Source: the human T2T-CHM13v2.0 reference genome, Homo sapiens. Taken from it: 64,000 nt of DNA. Under the pieces are notes generated by a model. It was not told the origin of the DNA and ran no database searches. It was given only the letters and a program-made list of their open reading frames with translations. The stretch lies in the NCBI RefSeq assembly GCF_009914755.1, contig NC_060930.1; one strand, given 5' to 3'. Both the position numbers and the translations under genes were made by a program. This document shows, one piece after another, positions 1 through 17,203 of this stretch (the first letter of the stretch is position 1; each line of letters begins with the position of its first letter).

Positions 1-645
1 GATATATATTTATATGTAATATATATGATATATGATATATGATATATATTTATATGTAATATATATTATATATATTTATATATATTATATATTATATATT
101 ATATATTTATACATATGTATTATATATTATATATCATATATAATATATATTTTATATTATATATCATATATATTATAATTATACATTATATATCATATAT
201 ATTTATATATTATATATTATATATAATTATACATTATATATTATATATTTATATATTATATATTATTATATATTATATATTATATATATTGTATTATATA
301 TTTATATATTATATATATTTATATTATATTATATATTTATATATTATATATATTTCTATTATATATTTATATATTATATATTTATATATATAATATATAT
401 TTTTATATTATATTTTATATATTTATATATTATATATTATATATTTATATATTATATATTATACATTTATATATTATATATTATATTTATATATTATATA
501 TTTATATATTATATATTATATATTTATATTATATATTATATATATTTATATATTATATATTATATATATTTATATATTATATATATTTATATTATATATC
601 AAATATATATCAAATATATATATCAAATATAGCTATCTATATATA
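1..645. repeat. Very AT-rich degenerate (TA)n/(TATAT)n simple repeat
   Basis: Almost pure A/T with tatat/ttata units for over 600 nt, running off the window start. Confidence 0.97.
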
Positions 646-664
646 TACACACACACATATATAT

Positions 665-726
<62 letters not shown>
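646..726. repeat. (CA)n/(TA)n compound microsatellite
   Basis: Long perfect (CA) run at about 674-717 flanked by TA repeats. Confidence 0.97.
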
Positions 727-3938
<3,212 letters not shown>

Positions 3939-3958
3939 ATAAAGAGTGTACTACGTAC

Positions 3959-4128
3959 AGGTAATGTGGCATCATCGCCTTTGCTCTTCTGGATTTTCTC
4001 CTTGGAGCTCTCTTTCTGATTGAGTGCTTGCTCGGCAAATGATACCTCCAGGTTGATGTCTGTTTCAGGGGCAGGCGTCTCCTCAGGTGGGATCAGCTTC
4101 TCTTCACCAACAAGGTTAGATGCCTCGT
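3959..4128 (-). CDS. ARHGAP18: ARHGAP18 coding exon (probably exon 5), 170 nt: (D)[56 protein letters not shown]
   Basis: Acceptor ttctttccccccgggcccctag|AC GAG and donor CCT|gtacgt. Open in the frame set by the previous exon. Confidence 0.94.
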
Positions 4129-5309
4129 CTAGGGGCCCGGGGGGAAAGAACCCAATTCATATGCTTTATTTATTTTTTAAAAAAAATTCTAATGCATTCG
4201 CTACATAAAAACATTTGGGAAGAGTACTATTTTCTCTAGGCAATACTTAGCCGTTATTTTAATACTAAAGAGTATACTCAAGAATCCTATCAATGGTGCA
4301 TGGGAAGTGGGCAGGGAGACTGTGGTGACTAGCAATCCATAGTTCAATTGTGCAGTCTTTGAGACCACAATCCTCAAACTGGGTTCCAATTCCAAAACAT
4401 TGCTGGAAGATAGTAAACTTTTAATAAAAAACCTCAAAAGGTTTTGAAGTATTAATTGTTGTTTTATTCTACACTGAGAAACTAAAAGCAAAAAAAGAAG
4501 GAGGTGATGAGCAGTAATCTCTTGTAAAGCTAGTAATTTACCATTTAATTAATTTCCTCTGAGTGGATCAGTTTCCTGGAATAAACTTCTTCCACACCCT
4601 GCATTTACTTTCTGGAATATTACCTACCTATCATAGTAAAAATTCCAAAACAAGAGTTAGTGCCAAAAAATGATCACTATGCGAGTCAGGTCAGGACGTA
4701 GCTGGTACAGGAATGGTTGGGTTTGCACCTGATCATGTCAAAAAGTATAAAAGTTCCTACAACTGTAAATACCAGTCAAATAATTTTCACATATTTACAT
4801 CAAGATTTCAAGGATATAGTAAGTTTAACTTTGTTTTGGCTTTTTTGGCTTGTTGTTAACCCTCCAGAAAGGAATTTACATTTAAAAATCTCTTTGCTGA
4901 AAACACCAGGTTTAAGCTTTGGAGAAGATACTTCTAAATTTGATTATTTGGTAAATTTTTTGTTTTAATGCAATTAACAGAAAAAAACCTAGAGCCAAGA
5001 ACCAAGATTACTGATTTTCTCACTGTTGACCTTTGAATCATAGTAAGAAGCTCTGAATTACAAAATACATCTATGCAGTGTAGACACATGCTTATAACAG
5101 GCTCACATACGAACACAACAAAGTGATGGAAGCTAAAGTTAATTTAAAAATTTAATAGATAAATGTCATAAATACATATATTAAGAGTCTGCAGTTCAGA
5201 AAAATAATGTTTATATTCATTTACATTAAAAATGAAAATGCCTGTTTTAATCAAAATCAAGTTTAGAAGTAAATATGAATCTAGTCTTATTCAGTCCCAT
5301 TCAATATGC

Positions 5310-5473
5310 AGAGTAGACTACGCAGGCATGAGACCTGTGCAGCCACACAGGGCTCCAGGCTCAGGAGGGTTCCACACTTGGTTTAATGCTCTGCTGTTAC
5401 ATCCTGAAATGTAAATAAGAGGCCCTATATGTGCAGTTTGTCCCTGACCTTGCAAATTACATAGCTGGTCCTG
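5310..5473 (+). mobile_element. MER91A-like hAT (Tip100) DNA-transposon fossil
   Basis: gacctgtgcagccacacagggc..cttggtttaatgctctgctgt..gcaaattacatagctggtcctg matches the recalled MER91 consensus. Confidence 0.75.
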
Positions 5474-7667
5474 ATGGAATCTCACAGTTAAGAAAGTAAG
5501 AATTTACCTGTGCCAATTCCAAAACTAAGAATACATTTAAAGCCCGTTGATATTATTAGTATTCATCTGCTGCCATGTATATTTATGTTTCTCAACAGCC
5601 TGTGACCATTTTTTAAATTAGAATACCTATACCTTTTGATGATTAATTTTTTAAAGTATCAACATGAATATCAAAGCACAACTTTAATTTTATTTTCCCT
5701 CTGGTTTATTCTCTTTTATGTTTTACTGTGACTATGTACACTGGTTTCCTAGGAAACTATTCTAAGAGGAAAAAAATGATTAGCCATTTTCTTAAATTAG
5801 AAGCTACCTTTCTAGCAGCTGAGTAGTTGTGGGCAAGAATTTCAAAACTACTCTTTCTTCTCACCACCTCCACGTCAGGGTTACAATAAATACCCCCACA
5901 CTCACACCCACACCAACGGACTATGCCGAATGTAAAGCTGAGTAATTATAATTAAGGTAGTACACATTTAACACACACATTTCCTTCAAAAGCAATGCAA
6001 AAAAAAAAAATACCGCATATCAAAGTTCTAGTTAAAATAGAAAATCAAGTTGAAGCACAGCACAGAAAAAAACAGTTTCAGGGTTGAAGAGGGGTACTGC
6101 TACAAGAAATGGATGATTACTTGGCTAATAAGTGATGATTTAATTACCTACTCTCAATAAGAACAGAATGCTGAGATCAACCTTTTGGCTCTTAAGGTCC
6201 TAAAATAAATAAAATTTCTGTCATCTAGTCTCTTTTTAAGTGCACAATAGCACTGGGTTACAAACATTTTGCAAATCTCCCTTAAGTTTTTCAGTTGTCC
6301 AAAATATCCTGAAATGCCTTAAAAAATTTTTTTTAACCACCTGACTTTAAGATTCAATTGCTTCTATTTAAAAAAAAAAAAGATTTTTCTTTCCTCTGTA
6401 GAAATTCAAAAGAAAATAAGAAGCTATACATATCAATATAAAAGTTTAAAAAATTATTGGGGCATTATTAATATTTCTAAATGTATTATTAAATATTGGG
6501 CTTTTAATAGAGTTTATGATTGAATGAAAAATGAACATATTACAGTGAATTAATTAATTTGGAATGTGACAACCCTTGCAACTATAAAACTTAACAACCT
6601 TTTCATTTAGAATAAGTATCATTGGCGGAACATGTTTAAAAACTCAAGTGTGGGGAAAACATTTAAAAGAGACTATGTCACCCATGCCTTCAAATTTTAA
6701 TCAGAAACAGCCCCACTTTTGAACCTGAGACAATGTTTCAATGCATTTCATCCTGAACTTTCCAATGTTTGGCTTACACTGGTTAATTCACTGGCTAGTG
6801 AAAGAGCATGGCATTGCCCAGAACAGGTGCAATAGGGAATACTCAGTGACTTGGATGGCATCACACATTCTCTTGTTATTCTGATTGGAGGATCTATGCC
6901 CACTATGTAGCATTCCAGCAAAAGCAGATGTAAATCAAGCAGCAAGTTTGTCACATTTCACTTGCCTGCTGCAAGCCAGGCAGGAAAGTGCTCACATTAT
7001 GAACTTGTCTTCCAGAACTTTTGTTGATATAGCCTACATCATGATCCCTGGCAAGGGAGGAAAACACCAAGAAAAGGACAATGTTTTCCTCAGCATCCAT
7101 TCACCAACTGCCAGTCACTCTTCCCCAGAGCCCAAAACATATTGACATTGGCACAAAAAACCCATCTGTCTCTCCTGATGACCCAGCTCTCTAGCAGGCA
7201 GGGTAGCTATGCCAGCTTGCTTGCCACTTCAGCATCTGCAGGTACATAGATCTGAGAAAACACCTAGTGATTTCATTCAGATATAATGCATACAACTGAA
7301 GAAACATCCACAGAATAATAAAAAGCAAGTATTTTTATAAATATATATGCATGTATATACATGTGCATGCATATTATCTTTAAGGCAGGGGTGCCAGAGA
7401 GAAGTTCTGAGGAAAGTATGGAAGGAAAAGATCCCATATGATCTTGAGTAATGTAGGATTTTTATAGGAATGTTGGGAACACTCCTCAGTCCTCCACAGT
7501 TTACCTAATACCCCTCCCACTACTACTTCCAAACCAAATGCAACACTATTAATGGCATGAACACTCCAGTTGCTAAATTTTAGGAACATAAACTTAAATC
7601 ACCTTTGTTTTAGTTTGTTAAATAACAATTAAGGACTACATTTTTAAGCTTAAATCTATTAACTTCA

Positions 7668-8090
<423 letters not shown>

Positions 8091-8224
8091 CTAATTCAAA
8101 TCTGAAATAACAAATGTTAGCAGAGAAACATGAAAAGTAGAATTATAATCAATTGCCCATAAAAATCTTAACTATTTTAAAAAGTTTTCCTACAATATCT
8201 AAAAAATTACCCCATATATGAATT

Positions 8225-8427
8225 AGGAGCTTGTGATTTAAGAACGATGCTGCAAGTTTGTTGGCTCAGGGACTAGCTGTGTTGCATTGGAAAGTGGCTT
8301 CACAGCTCTAAGCCTCAGTTCACTCATCTGTAAAATGGGTTAAGAACAATAACCATTACATGGTTTTCAAGTGTATTAAATGAGGTAAACATCTCCTGAT
8401 AGCATCTGGCACATGATAAGCACTCAG
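8225..8427 (+). mobile_element. MIR
   Basis: Core ctctaagcctcagttcactcatctgtaaaatggg and 3' part ctggcacatgataagcactca. Confidence 0.85.
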
Positions 8428-8654
8428 GAAGATACGTATACGCATTTTGAATCAGAAAATAGGAATACACATTAAAAGAAAATTGAAGGCCAGCTATATG
8501 CTCAGCCTCACATAATGATCCACTTGAGACCTTACATTAACATTTTAATAGAATTTGCTTACTAGAATTGAAGGTAATGTTTTCTAAGACTGTAACTGTT
8601 ATACTAATTAAAGGGCGGAAAAAAAAAAAAAACAAGAGAACAGGTTCAACATAC

Positions 8655-8718
8655 CATCTCTTCCTTGGTATTTGTTTTCATTTGTTCTAAGTGACTGCGA
8701 TTCAGTGCCACCTGGAGC
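8655..8718 (-). CDS. ARHGAP18: ARHGAP18 coding exon (probably exon 4), 64 nt: APGGTESQSLRTNENKYQGRD(D)
   Basis: Acceptor ttttctatgtttag|GCT and donor GAT G|gtatgt. Too short for the ORF track. Phase 0 in and phase 1 out bridges the flanking exons exactly. Confidence 0.93.
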
Positions 8719-9034
8719 CTAAACATAGAAAACAGGCCATTTAGTCATCTCCAACTCAAAACCAGAGAAAATGGTACTGTAAATAATTTTGTTACTAATC
8801 TTTAGAGTACAAGACATGTACTCAGAATTATAACAATCACAGTGAAAAAGGGGCACTAAGATAATAATCAACAAGCAATCATCCAAAAAATATTTTATTA
8901 CCTACAACTTGTAAGAGACAATAGTAGGCCCAGTGGGAAATATTAAAAAAGTCATGAGTGGGTCCCTGTCATCAAGAATGCTACTATGGAGGGGAGGAGA
9001 AAGGACAAACATGTTAAAAAATTAGTAGTAGCTA

Positions 9035-9458
9035 TTAATTGACAAATGGATAAGCAAAATGTGGTCTATCTGTACAGTGGAATATTATTTGGCTATAAAC
9101 AGAAATGAAGTATTGATACATGCTGCAACATAAAGAAACCTTGAAAATACTATGCTAAGTGAAAGGAACCAGTCACAAAGAGCCACATATTCTATGATTC
9201 CATTTATAGCAACTGACCATAATATGCAAACCACAGAGACACAAAGCTGACTAATGGTCACCTAAGAGTAGGGAGGGAAAGATGGGGAAGGTCTGTTAAT
9301 GGATACAGGCTTTCTTTTGGAGACAATAAAAATGTGCTAAAACTGATTGTAGTGATAGTTGCACAACTGTGAGTATGCTACAAAACACTGAATTGTGCAC
9401 TTTAAGTGGGTGAATTATATGGTATGTGAATTATATCTCAATCATGCTGTTATAAAAC
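9035..9458 (+). mobile_element. L1MB (L1MB7/8-like) 3' end
   Basis: aatggataagcaaaatgtggt..atgctaagtgaaaggaaccagtcacaaa..gtgaattatatctcaat, a classic L1MB 3'UTR. Confidence 0.9.
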
Positions 9459-11208
9459 TATAAAAGTACATGTCCCTAATAAAACAGAAATTCTTCAAGT
9501 TAAAAAAAAAAAAAGCAAGAAATAAATGTGAGATAAGTAACTAAATTACCAAACCAGCAATAAGACCTAAAACATCTGAAGGAATTCCTGTTTTCAAGGG
9601 GTCGGGGCAGTGACGCCCAAGGAACGGGGCCTTCCAAAGGTTTATGGAGATGGTAAACCATGGCCGACTCTGCTCAGCAGTAAATGTGGCCAGAGAGTAC
9701 TTCCTCCTTTCCAGGTAAGGCTTCAGAAGGAATTCAGAGGTCAGGAAGAAGAGTCTGGATCAACCACAGAAAGAGGTCTATTCAAATTATTTTAATAATA
9801 TTGATAATTCTACTGTATTTTATCTCAGACAGAAAGTGGCCATTGTAGTCTCACCACACATTTCACCTCAAGCTGTTGTCCACGAAGGACTTCATCCTCC
9901 ACCTGAAGTCTAAAAAGAGCCTAGAAAAGCACTAGGCTAGGGACGTCTAGGCTATTAATGCACCACTTAGAGATGGGGAAAACCCAGGAAAGTGTTACAG
10001 TGACTACCAAGTCACAGAAGTGGTACGTGGGTACCCAGCATCACTTTAATCCCCTGAAGCACAGAGCAGTCCCATTCTCCTTCCCTCCTCCCACAAGCCG
10101 GCAGAGGCTGGCCCTGCATGGCACAATGAGCAGAGTGATTCCAGTCTCACAAAAGAACACATATTTTGGAGCATGTGGTCGGAATTATTTTCCTTAGCAA
10201 TTGAAGATGGCAGTACAGATGGTGTTCATTTCTGCATTATATTTCCTAGTGTCAGCAAGGCCTTCATGAGGAAGCATTTAACATGGAAGAGCTGAATATA
10301 CACTCACTCAAAAGTAGAAGAACTGCAAGTGAAGATGGCTGGCCCAAGTTTGCTTGAGGCATGGGGGAGATAAAGCACTTTTCTAATGGGTGGCAGTGTT
10401 TCAATTAAAGGCATGCAGTGTAAGCAAGTTAACATTATTTTAATTTCCTTTTGCTAGTTCTCTCTTAATGACTCCATCAGATGATACAATCCACCAATTA
10501 CCTTGGACTCAAACCATGTGGTTGTGACACTGCCAGAAACTTGCTGGAAAAATGTTGTTTCTAGCACCAAGTAGCAACATCCTCTTGGAGACTGGCAGAA
10601 ATCCCACAATTTATATTTTGCTTAGGCTCAGCTCTCTATTCCCTCCCCCTTTTCACTTCCTCTTAACTCCCTTAGTGAGGGTTCTCCAATTGGGAAGAAA
10701 ATGTCATAATACTAAATTTCCTTACCATTCATTTTTCTTCAGCTGGAAACCAGTCCAGTCCTTTAACACAAGTGGATATCCCAAATAACCACTGGGTGGT
10801 AAGCAAGTGCTTAACTTAAGCAAGTGCCTGGAGCAATTTAATGACCCCAAAACTCCTGTAAGATGGACTGGACTTGATTCGAAATTGGTCATGCAAAGAG
10901 AGTAGCAATCTGCAGCTAGAAGGGCTTTCTTGCAAGAATAAAATGTCTACAAAAAGCAAAAGAGTGTCTACATGACAGGAAGATACCTTAAATATAAACC
11001 CTTTCATTCCTTTTTTAACATAAATAATCGTTCAATTTTTGTTATCTTTTATAGTGTAAATAGAATCTCATATTCAGGATGCTTAATGTCAGAATCATGT
11101 ACAAAATGCAAATATACCAGGATAGAGACTGGTTAAAAGCATGTACTTCAAAGTCAAACAAATTTGGGTTTACTATCTACAGGACACTGAGCAAGTTACT
11201 TAAAATCT

Positions 11209-11456
11209 GGCCAGGTGCGGTGGCTCACACCTGTAATCCCAGCACTTTGGGAGGCTGAGGCAAGCAGATCACCTGAGATCAGGAGTTCAAGACCAGCCTG
11301 GCCAACATGGCGAGACCTTGTCTCTACTAAAAGTACAAAAAATTAGCTGGGCATGGTGGCGTGCGCCTGTAGTCCCAGCTACTCCGAGGCTGAGGCAGGA
11401 GAATTGCTTGAACCTGGGAGGTGGAGGTTGCAGTGAGCCGAGATTGCACTCAAGCC
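11209..11456 (+). mobile_element. AluS lacking its 3' end and poly(A) tail
   Basis: Alu sequence ends at gagattgcactcaagcc with no tail. Preceded by the 5' part of a MIR (about 11130-11208). Confidence 0.93.
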
Positions 11457-11639
11457 AGAATGTAAATCAACTTTGACCTCAAGAACACCATCTAGATCCG
11501 CTGATTTTTTACCTTTTTTCTGGCAGCAAGACTTTTTTGATGAAAGAAACAAGGATCATTTATATTCTCTGTAAGCTCCTGATGCCCTTACAGGTAAGTA
11601 ATAGGCAATCCACCAACTGGCTTATTTGAGTAGCACTGA

Positions 11640-11962
<323 letters not shown>

Positions 11963-12112
11963 CTCAAACTTTTATCATGCCTTCTCTGATACCTCCCTTC
12001 ATTCATCAATCCCACAGTCTCTACCAGACCCCACAGCTTTTATTAACAAGTTAATCACCTAGACAAATATTTACTCAATCTTTTGTGTGCTGTCACTGTG
12101 CTAAGGCTAGAC

Positions 12113-12511
12113 ACCTTAAAGTTTAACCTAAAGCTGCCTCCTTACATATCTTCCGTTCATCCTAAAGGGTTTCTCTGTATATAGTGAACTCTAACCTAAC
12201 TGGATGTGTAAACAGACTGTAACCTACTTGTGTCAATCACCAAATTTTGACCAATCAAAGGTGGCCAACTGTTCAAACCATATTCAAAAAAGGCAAACAC
12301 AAAGCTGTAACCAATCTCGCTGTTTCTGTACCTCACTTCCATTTTCTGTAGATCACTTTCCTTTCCCTGTCCATAAATCTTCTTTGACCACACGGTAGCA
12401 CTGGAGTCTCTCTGAATGTGCTGTGATTCTGGGGGCTGCCCAATTTGCAAATCATTCTTTACCCAATTAAATTCTGTTAAATTTAATTTGTCTAAGGTCT
12501 TTCTTTTAACA
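12113..12511 (+). mobile_element. MER57-family (ERV1) solo LTR inserted in an L2 fragment
   Basis: aacctaaagctgcctccttacatat..ccaatcaaaggtggccaactgttcaaacc..attaaattctgttaaatttaatttgtctaaggtctttcttttaaca matches recalled MER57A/B. Confidence 0.88.
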
Positions 12512-13007
12512 CCACAAAGGAGAAGTTACTTCATGTCTCAAAGTTCCTGCTTTGTAATTCAGCTGTAATTAGCTCCCTCACATTCTACTTCATCCATCCC
12601 CAAACCAGTCTAGGGAAAAATCAAATATTCCTACAAGCATTAATAGATAGGGAAGAATACCCTAATCCTACTTTTCTCTAAGTAACTGTTGGTAGTCATG
12701 TTGTCTGAGAAGCTGTCCCTGTCACCCCTAGTGGAGTTAAAGTCACTTGTAATGCTCCAAGGACACCCTCTTCTCCTAATACATGGATTATCATGCTGAA
12801 TTTTAACTAGCTTTGTTTTCTGCCCCATCAGTATAACTTCCAGAAAGGCAGGAAGCAAGTCTCTCTTGTTTCCTGCAAGCATAGAGCTTTGGTGCCTGGC
12901 ATAGAATAGGTGATCATTACGTTTTTAATCATTTGAATTAAACCAGATTGATCCAATTAATTGTAAGCAATTATTCCTTTGCCTTAACATCAAAAAAGAA
13001 AACCTAC

Positions 13008-13243
13008 TGTTTCTTTTGATTCTCTCTGTTGAGCAAATATGTCTCTGACGTCAGGAATCTGGTACTGTTTGTTTTTTTTCCTCAAGGTCTGGGAGACCGT
13101 CTCTACTCGCTTCTGAACTGCTGCTGCCTGGGTCCGCGTCAATGTTGATAAAAACACAATGCTTTCCTGTGGATCTCCAGCAGACTCTCCGAAGAGATTG
13201 GATAAACCGGCCTCTTTAAGCCACTCTTCTTCCAATTCTCCCT
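13008..13243 (-). CDS. ARHGAP18: ARHGAP18 coding exon (probably exon 3), 236 nt: (E)GELEEEWLKEAGLSNLFGESAGDPQESIVFLSTLTRTQAAAVQKRVETVSQTLRKKNKQYQIPDVRDIFAQQRESKET
   Basis: Acceptor tttctctactgtcttag|AG GGA and donor ACA|gtaggt. Overlaps ORF 12990..13235. EEEWLKEAGL, LTRTQAAAVQKRV and PDVRDIF are typical of the ARHGAP18/28/40 family. Confidence 0.97.
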
Positions 13244-13999
13244 CTAAGACAGTAGAGAAAAGTGGTACTTAAATCACAAAATATAACAACCTTTACATTT
13301 TTTAAGCTGTTAAAAATTCTTACTAAAACTCTTCTATTGTAACCAAACCACAGTGCTAAGAATCATTATCTAAAACTTGGACAACTGCCATACACTCCAG
13401 CCACAATGACATCAAATTTTAGATTGATTTCATATATACTCAATTAAAATTTTTAAATGACTTCACATGTAATTAACCTCTATAACTTCCCTGCAGATTA
13501 ACCCAGAGGATGATACTGTTCCCCTTCCAGAGATAAGCAAAGAATAAAAAGATAACTTACTTCCATCAAGTTACAGAAGGAAGTCAATGCTGGGGCTATA
13601 TATTAAGCCCAGTTTCTTGGCTTAAATTCAGTACTACCTCAGAGTCCAACACTAATTTATGGAAAGCCTTGTTTTCTCTGTTCACTGTAGCTGACAGGAA
13701 GTGCAGCAAAGAAGTTAACAGCATCAGAACATTGGGAACTAATCAATTTCAAATTAATTTTTCTAATCTTCCAAATCAGCACATCAGATTATGTATTTTT
13801 ACAATGTTTTTTAAAAGCACAATATATCCAGCAAAGAAAACTTATATAGGAAGATAATCAAACAACAATCAATTCAAAACACTGAAAGCAGGAAATATTC
13901 ATGCAAATATTGTGTAAGATCTAATGAAAGTTATTTAAAAGCAGAAGGATAATTAGAATGGATACTTTCCAACCATCATATTTATAGAGGAAAATAAAA

Positions 14000-14190
14000 G
14001 CAATGAATTGGGACACAAAAGACCTGGATCTGTACCCCATTTCTGCAACTTGATAGCCAAGTCTCTTTGGAAAAGTCACTTAGCCTCAAGTTGACTCTGT
14101 TTTCTGATCTGTAAACTAAAGCACACCTCCTTCCAGCTATGCCATAACCAAAGGTGAGAATGTTATATGGAAGGAGCTTTGAAAAGCCCT
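14000..14190 (+). mobile_element. MIR fragment
   Basis: gacctggat..aagtcacttagcctc..ctctgttttctgatctgtaaa. Confidence 0.6.
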
Positions 14191-14371
14191 GAGATAGACT
14201 GTATCACATGGTATAGCACCTAGTCCTACCTGTCTGTCTTTCTATACTATATAAACTTCTTGACGGCAGAAATCAAGTATTAATAACTTTGACTTCAAGA
14301 GACATAAGCCAGTGCTAGGCACTGTGCACACCAGACAACAAAAACAGTTTACTAGCATAAAAAGTAAGTCA

Positions 14372-14690
<319 letters not shown>

Positions 14691-16424
14691 TTATTATTTA
14701 TGCTTTTAAAGTAGAACTCAGTATTGGTGTATAAAACCAGATTGCCAGAAAAAAAACCTGATATTGTTACACAACAAGGAAAATAAACAAGATTACTATG
14801 TAGAGTCATTTTTTCCATTAAAAAGTAGAAGTAAAACTTAAACAATTTAAAGTCTAAGAAAAGGTGTGGGCATGTAGAAAACATTCCCAATCTTCTTGAT
14901 GATCACATAGTGCATAATAATCAATGACTCTAATTAGTGTTGGAGACTTATCAAACAGCTAATGACATACTTCTATGTATCAGGCTTAAACGCTGCTTTC
15001 TCAAACATATTCTCTCCTTATTCAGCAGACTAGTATGCTACTTCCATCTTGAAACATGGAGAAAGAAAGGGTGAGAGATACTATTAATTATCACAAATAA
15101 GCTTGACTTTATTGCTATCATATTTGGGAAACAATGAGAGAAAAATAACAAGAAGTTAAAGAATAAGTTAACCGTAGTGTTTTTAGATCTAAGAAATTAA
15201 ATTAAGAAAAAACCCCAAGTCTTCTTTTTAAATTAATGTTGGTAGATTTTTCAAGCAATGTGTAGCCAAGGAAAAAAATCTTATTTATATAGATTTTGCT
15301 ACTTAATTAGATCCTAAGTCATTTAGTTAAGAAGTCATTGTGTTGAGAAGGAAGTCTCTATTAGTGGATCACAAAGCACTGATTGGGGCTCTCACATTTT
15401 GGCATTTATACATCAACTTATATAAACATACTTACAAATATATAGATGGCACAAGGCATAGAAAGAAAGCTAATACAACAGACAAGAGAATTGGACATGA
15501 AAAACTTAGCAACTGCTTGAATTTCAGAGATTAAAAGAAACGGTACAAAAAAACTTTAAAGTTTTACATGTTTCTCCCAGAATATCAAATATTATAGCAG
15601 AGAATGGGAAATATGGCTGGAAAGTGACTCTACAGAAATTATGCACCAAATACAAGAAAGAAGTAAATATGGAAGCTAAAAACAGTAATGCCACCATCTA
15701 CTGTCCAACTCTATATTTTTAGATTAGTTGGCTAAACATGAGCCGTTGCATCCAATCTGGAGAACTATACTTTGAATGACAAAATAGCCAGGACCACAAC
15801 AGGTCTTTGAAAACCACCCACAAAAATTGGTTTATGTGAATTTTCTTTCTAGAAAGGTCTTGGCTAGGAACAAGATAAATATTCTCAAGTATATGAAAGG
15901 CTATCATGTAAAAATAGAAGAGCCTTCTTCTGTTCGTCCCAAAGGCATAACTACAGCAAGAGAGTCAAAGTTAGAGGACAGCAGATTATAAATCAATAAA
16001 ACAAAGATCAAAAGAACTCAAGCTGACTGACCACTGGAAAAACAGTCTCACTGAAAAGCAGTGCTCTATCACCATCTGCACTCACTAGAGACCAAACGAC
16101 AATGTGGCTACCACATCACAGAAGAAATTTAAAGGGAGGTTAGATGGTTTCAAAGATGAAGTCTAACTCTAAAAAGCTATGATACAGTGAGCTTAGCCAA
16201 CAACATTCCAGCCATATCTATGACTAAGCTAACTTACTTATGCCACTTGTATCTGGCAGTTGCATCCATAAATCTGCCTCAAACAAGTATTTTTCAAGTT
16301 GAAAGGCAGTATCTTTTTTTGGTGGTCCTAGCTTTAATTTTTTTTTTGTTCTCTTCCTTTCTATGCATTCATTTCCTATAAATACATATACAAACAACAA
16401 AAGCTTTATTTAGTTAGTTATTAC

Positions 16425-16627
16425 CATCAGGCTCTTTGACAACAACCACCTCTTGATCTTCTTGGCTGTTTTCACTAGATTTCTTGATGTTTTCTAGTTC
16501 TATCCAATAGTCTTCCATAGATAGTTCATCCAAAGAATCCTGGGAAATTGATCGATCAAATGGAGGCTTCTCCATAACTTTGATGGTGGTGCTTTCCTGG
16601 TTCATAGTGTACTGGCCATATCTGCGA
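16425..16627 (-). CDS. ARHGAP18: ARHGAP18 coding exon (probably exon 2), 203 nt: (S)RRYGQYTMNQESTTIKVMEKPPFDRSISQDSLDELSMEDYWIELENIKKSSENSQEDQEVVVVKEPD(E)
   Basis: Minus-strand acceptor ttttgaatttacag|T CGC AGA and donor GAT G|gtaata. Overlaps ORF 16414..16605. Peptide recognised as the ARHGAP18 N-terminal region. Phase 2 in, phase 1 out, matching the next exon. Confidence 0.96.
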
Positions 16628-16902
16628 CTGTAAATTCAAAAGAACCCATGGTTTATTTTAGTACAAAAGGAAGCAGTATAATTTCTAAGACATCACAGCA
16701 ACAAGCTGGAGAATTTATTAACTCCTTAAGTTATCCTTAATAAAACTAAAGGAATATATATTTTGGAACAGTTTACTATGGATTATAATATGCTTGTAGA
16801 ATAAACAGTTTCATGCTCCACAGAAAAGTATGGGGAAGTACAAATAGCAACATGGTAAATTATTTTTCCATTTACATTAAATGAAGACTCATTTTTCAAA
16901 TA

Positions 16903-17203
16903 TATTTTTTAGCGACAAGGTCTTGCTCTGTTGCCAAGGTTTGAGTGCACCAATGTGACCATAGCTCACTTTAATTCCAAATTACTGGGCTCAAGTGATC
17001 TTCCCACCTCAGTCTCCTGAGGAGCTACTACTACAGGTATATACCATATTGCCCAGCTAATTTTTTTTTTTTTGGCAGACATGGGGTCTTGCTGTGTTGC
17101 CCAGGTTGGTCTGAAACTCCTGGCCTCAAATGATCCTCAACTGATCCTCCCACCTCAACCTCCCAAAGCACTGAGATTAAAGACATGAGCCACCACACCC
17201 AGG
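16903..17203 (-). mobile_element. AluJ
   Basis: Diverged Alu (catagctcact, gggctcaagtgatc) with a small internal duplication (tgatcctcaac tgatcctcc). TSD-like aagactcattt on both sides. Confidence 0.93.

Noticed and set aside
115-393. 92-aa Y/I/L-rich ORF
   Set aside because: Translation of the TA-rich simple repeat.
4020-4208. Plus-strand 62-aa ORF
   Set aside because: Antisense shadow of ARHGAP18 exon 5.
9698-9720. Recursive-splice-like motif ttcctcctttccag|gtaagg
   Set aside because: On the plus strand, antisense to ARHGAP18, with no evidence of a plus-strand host transcript.
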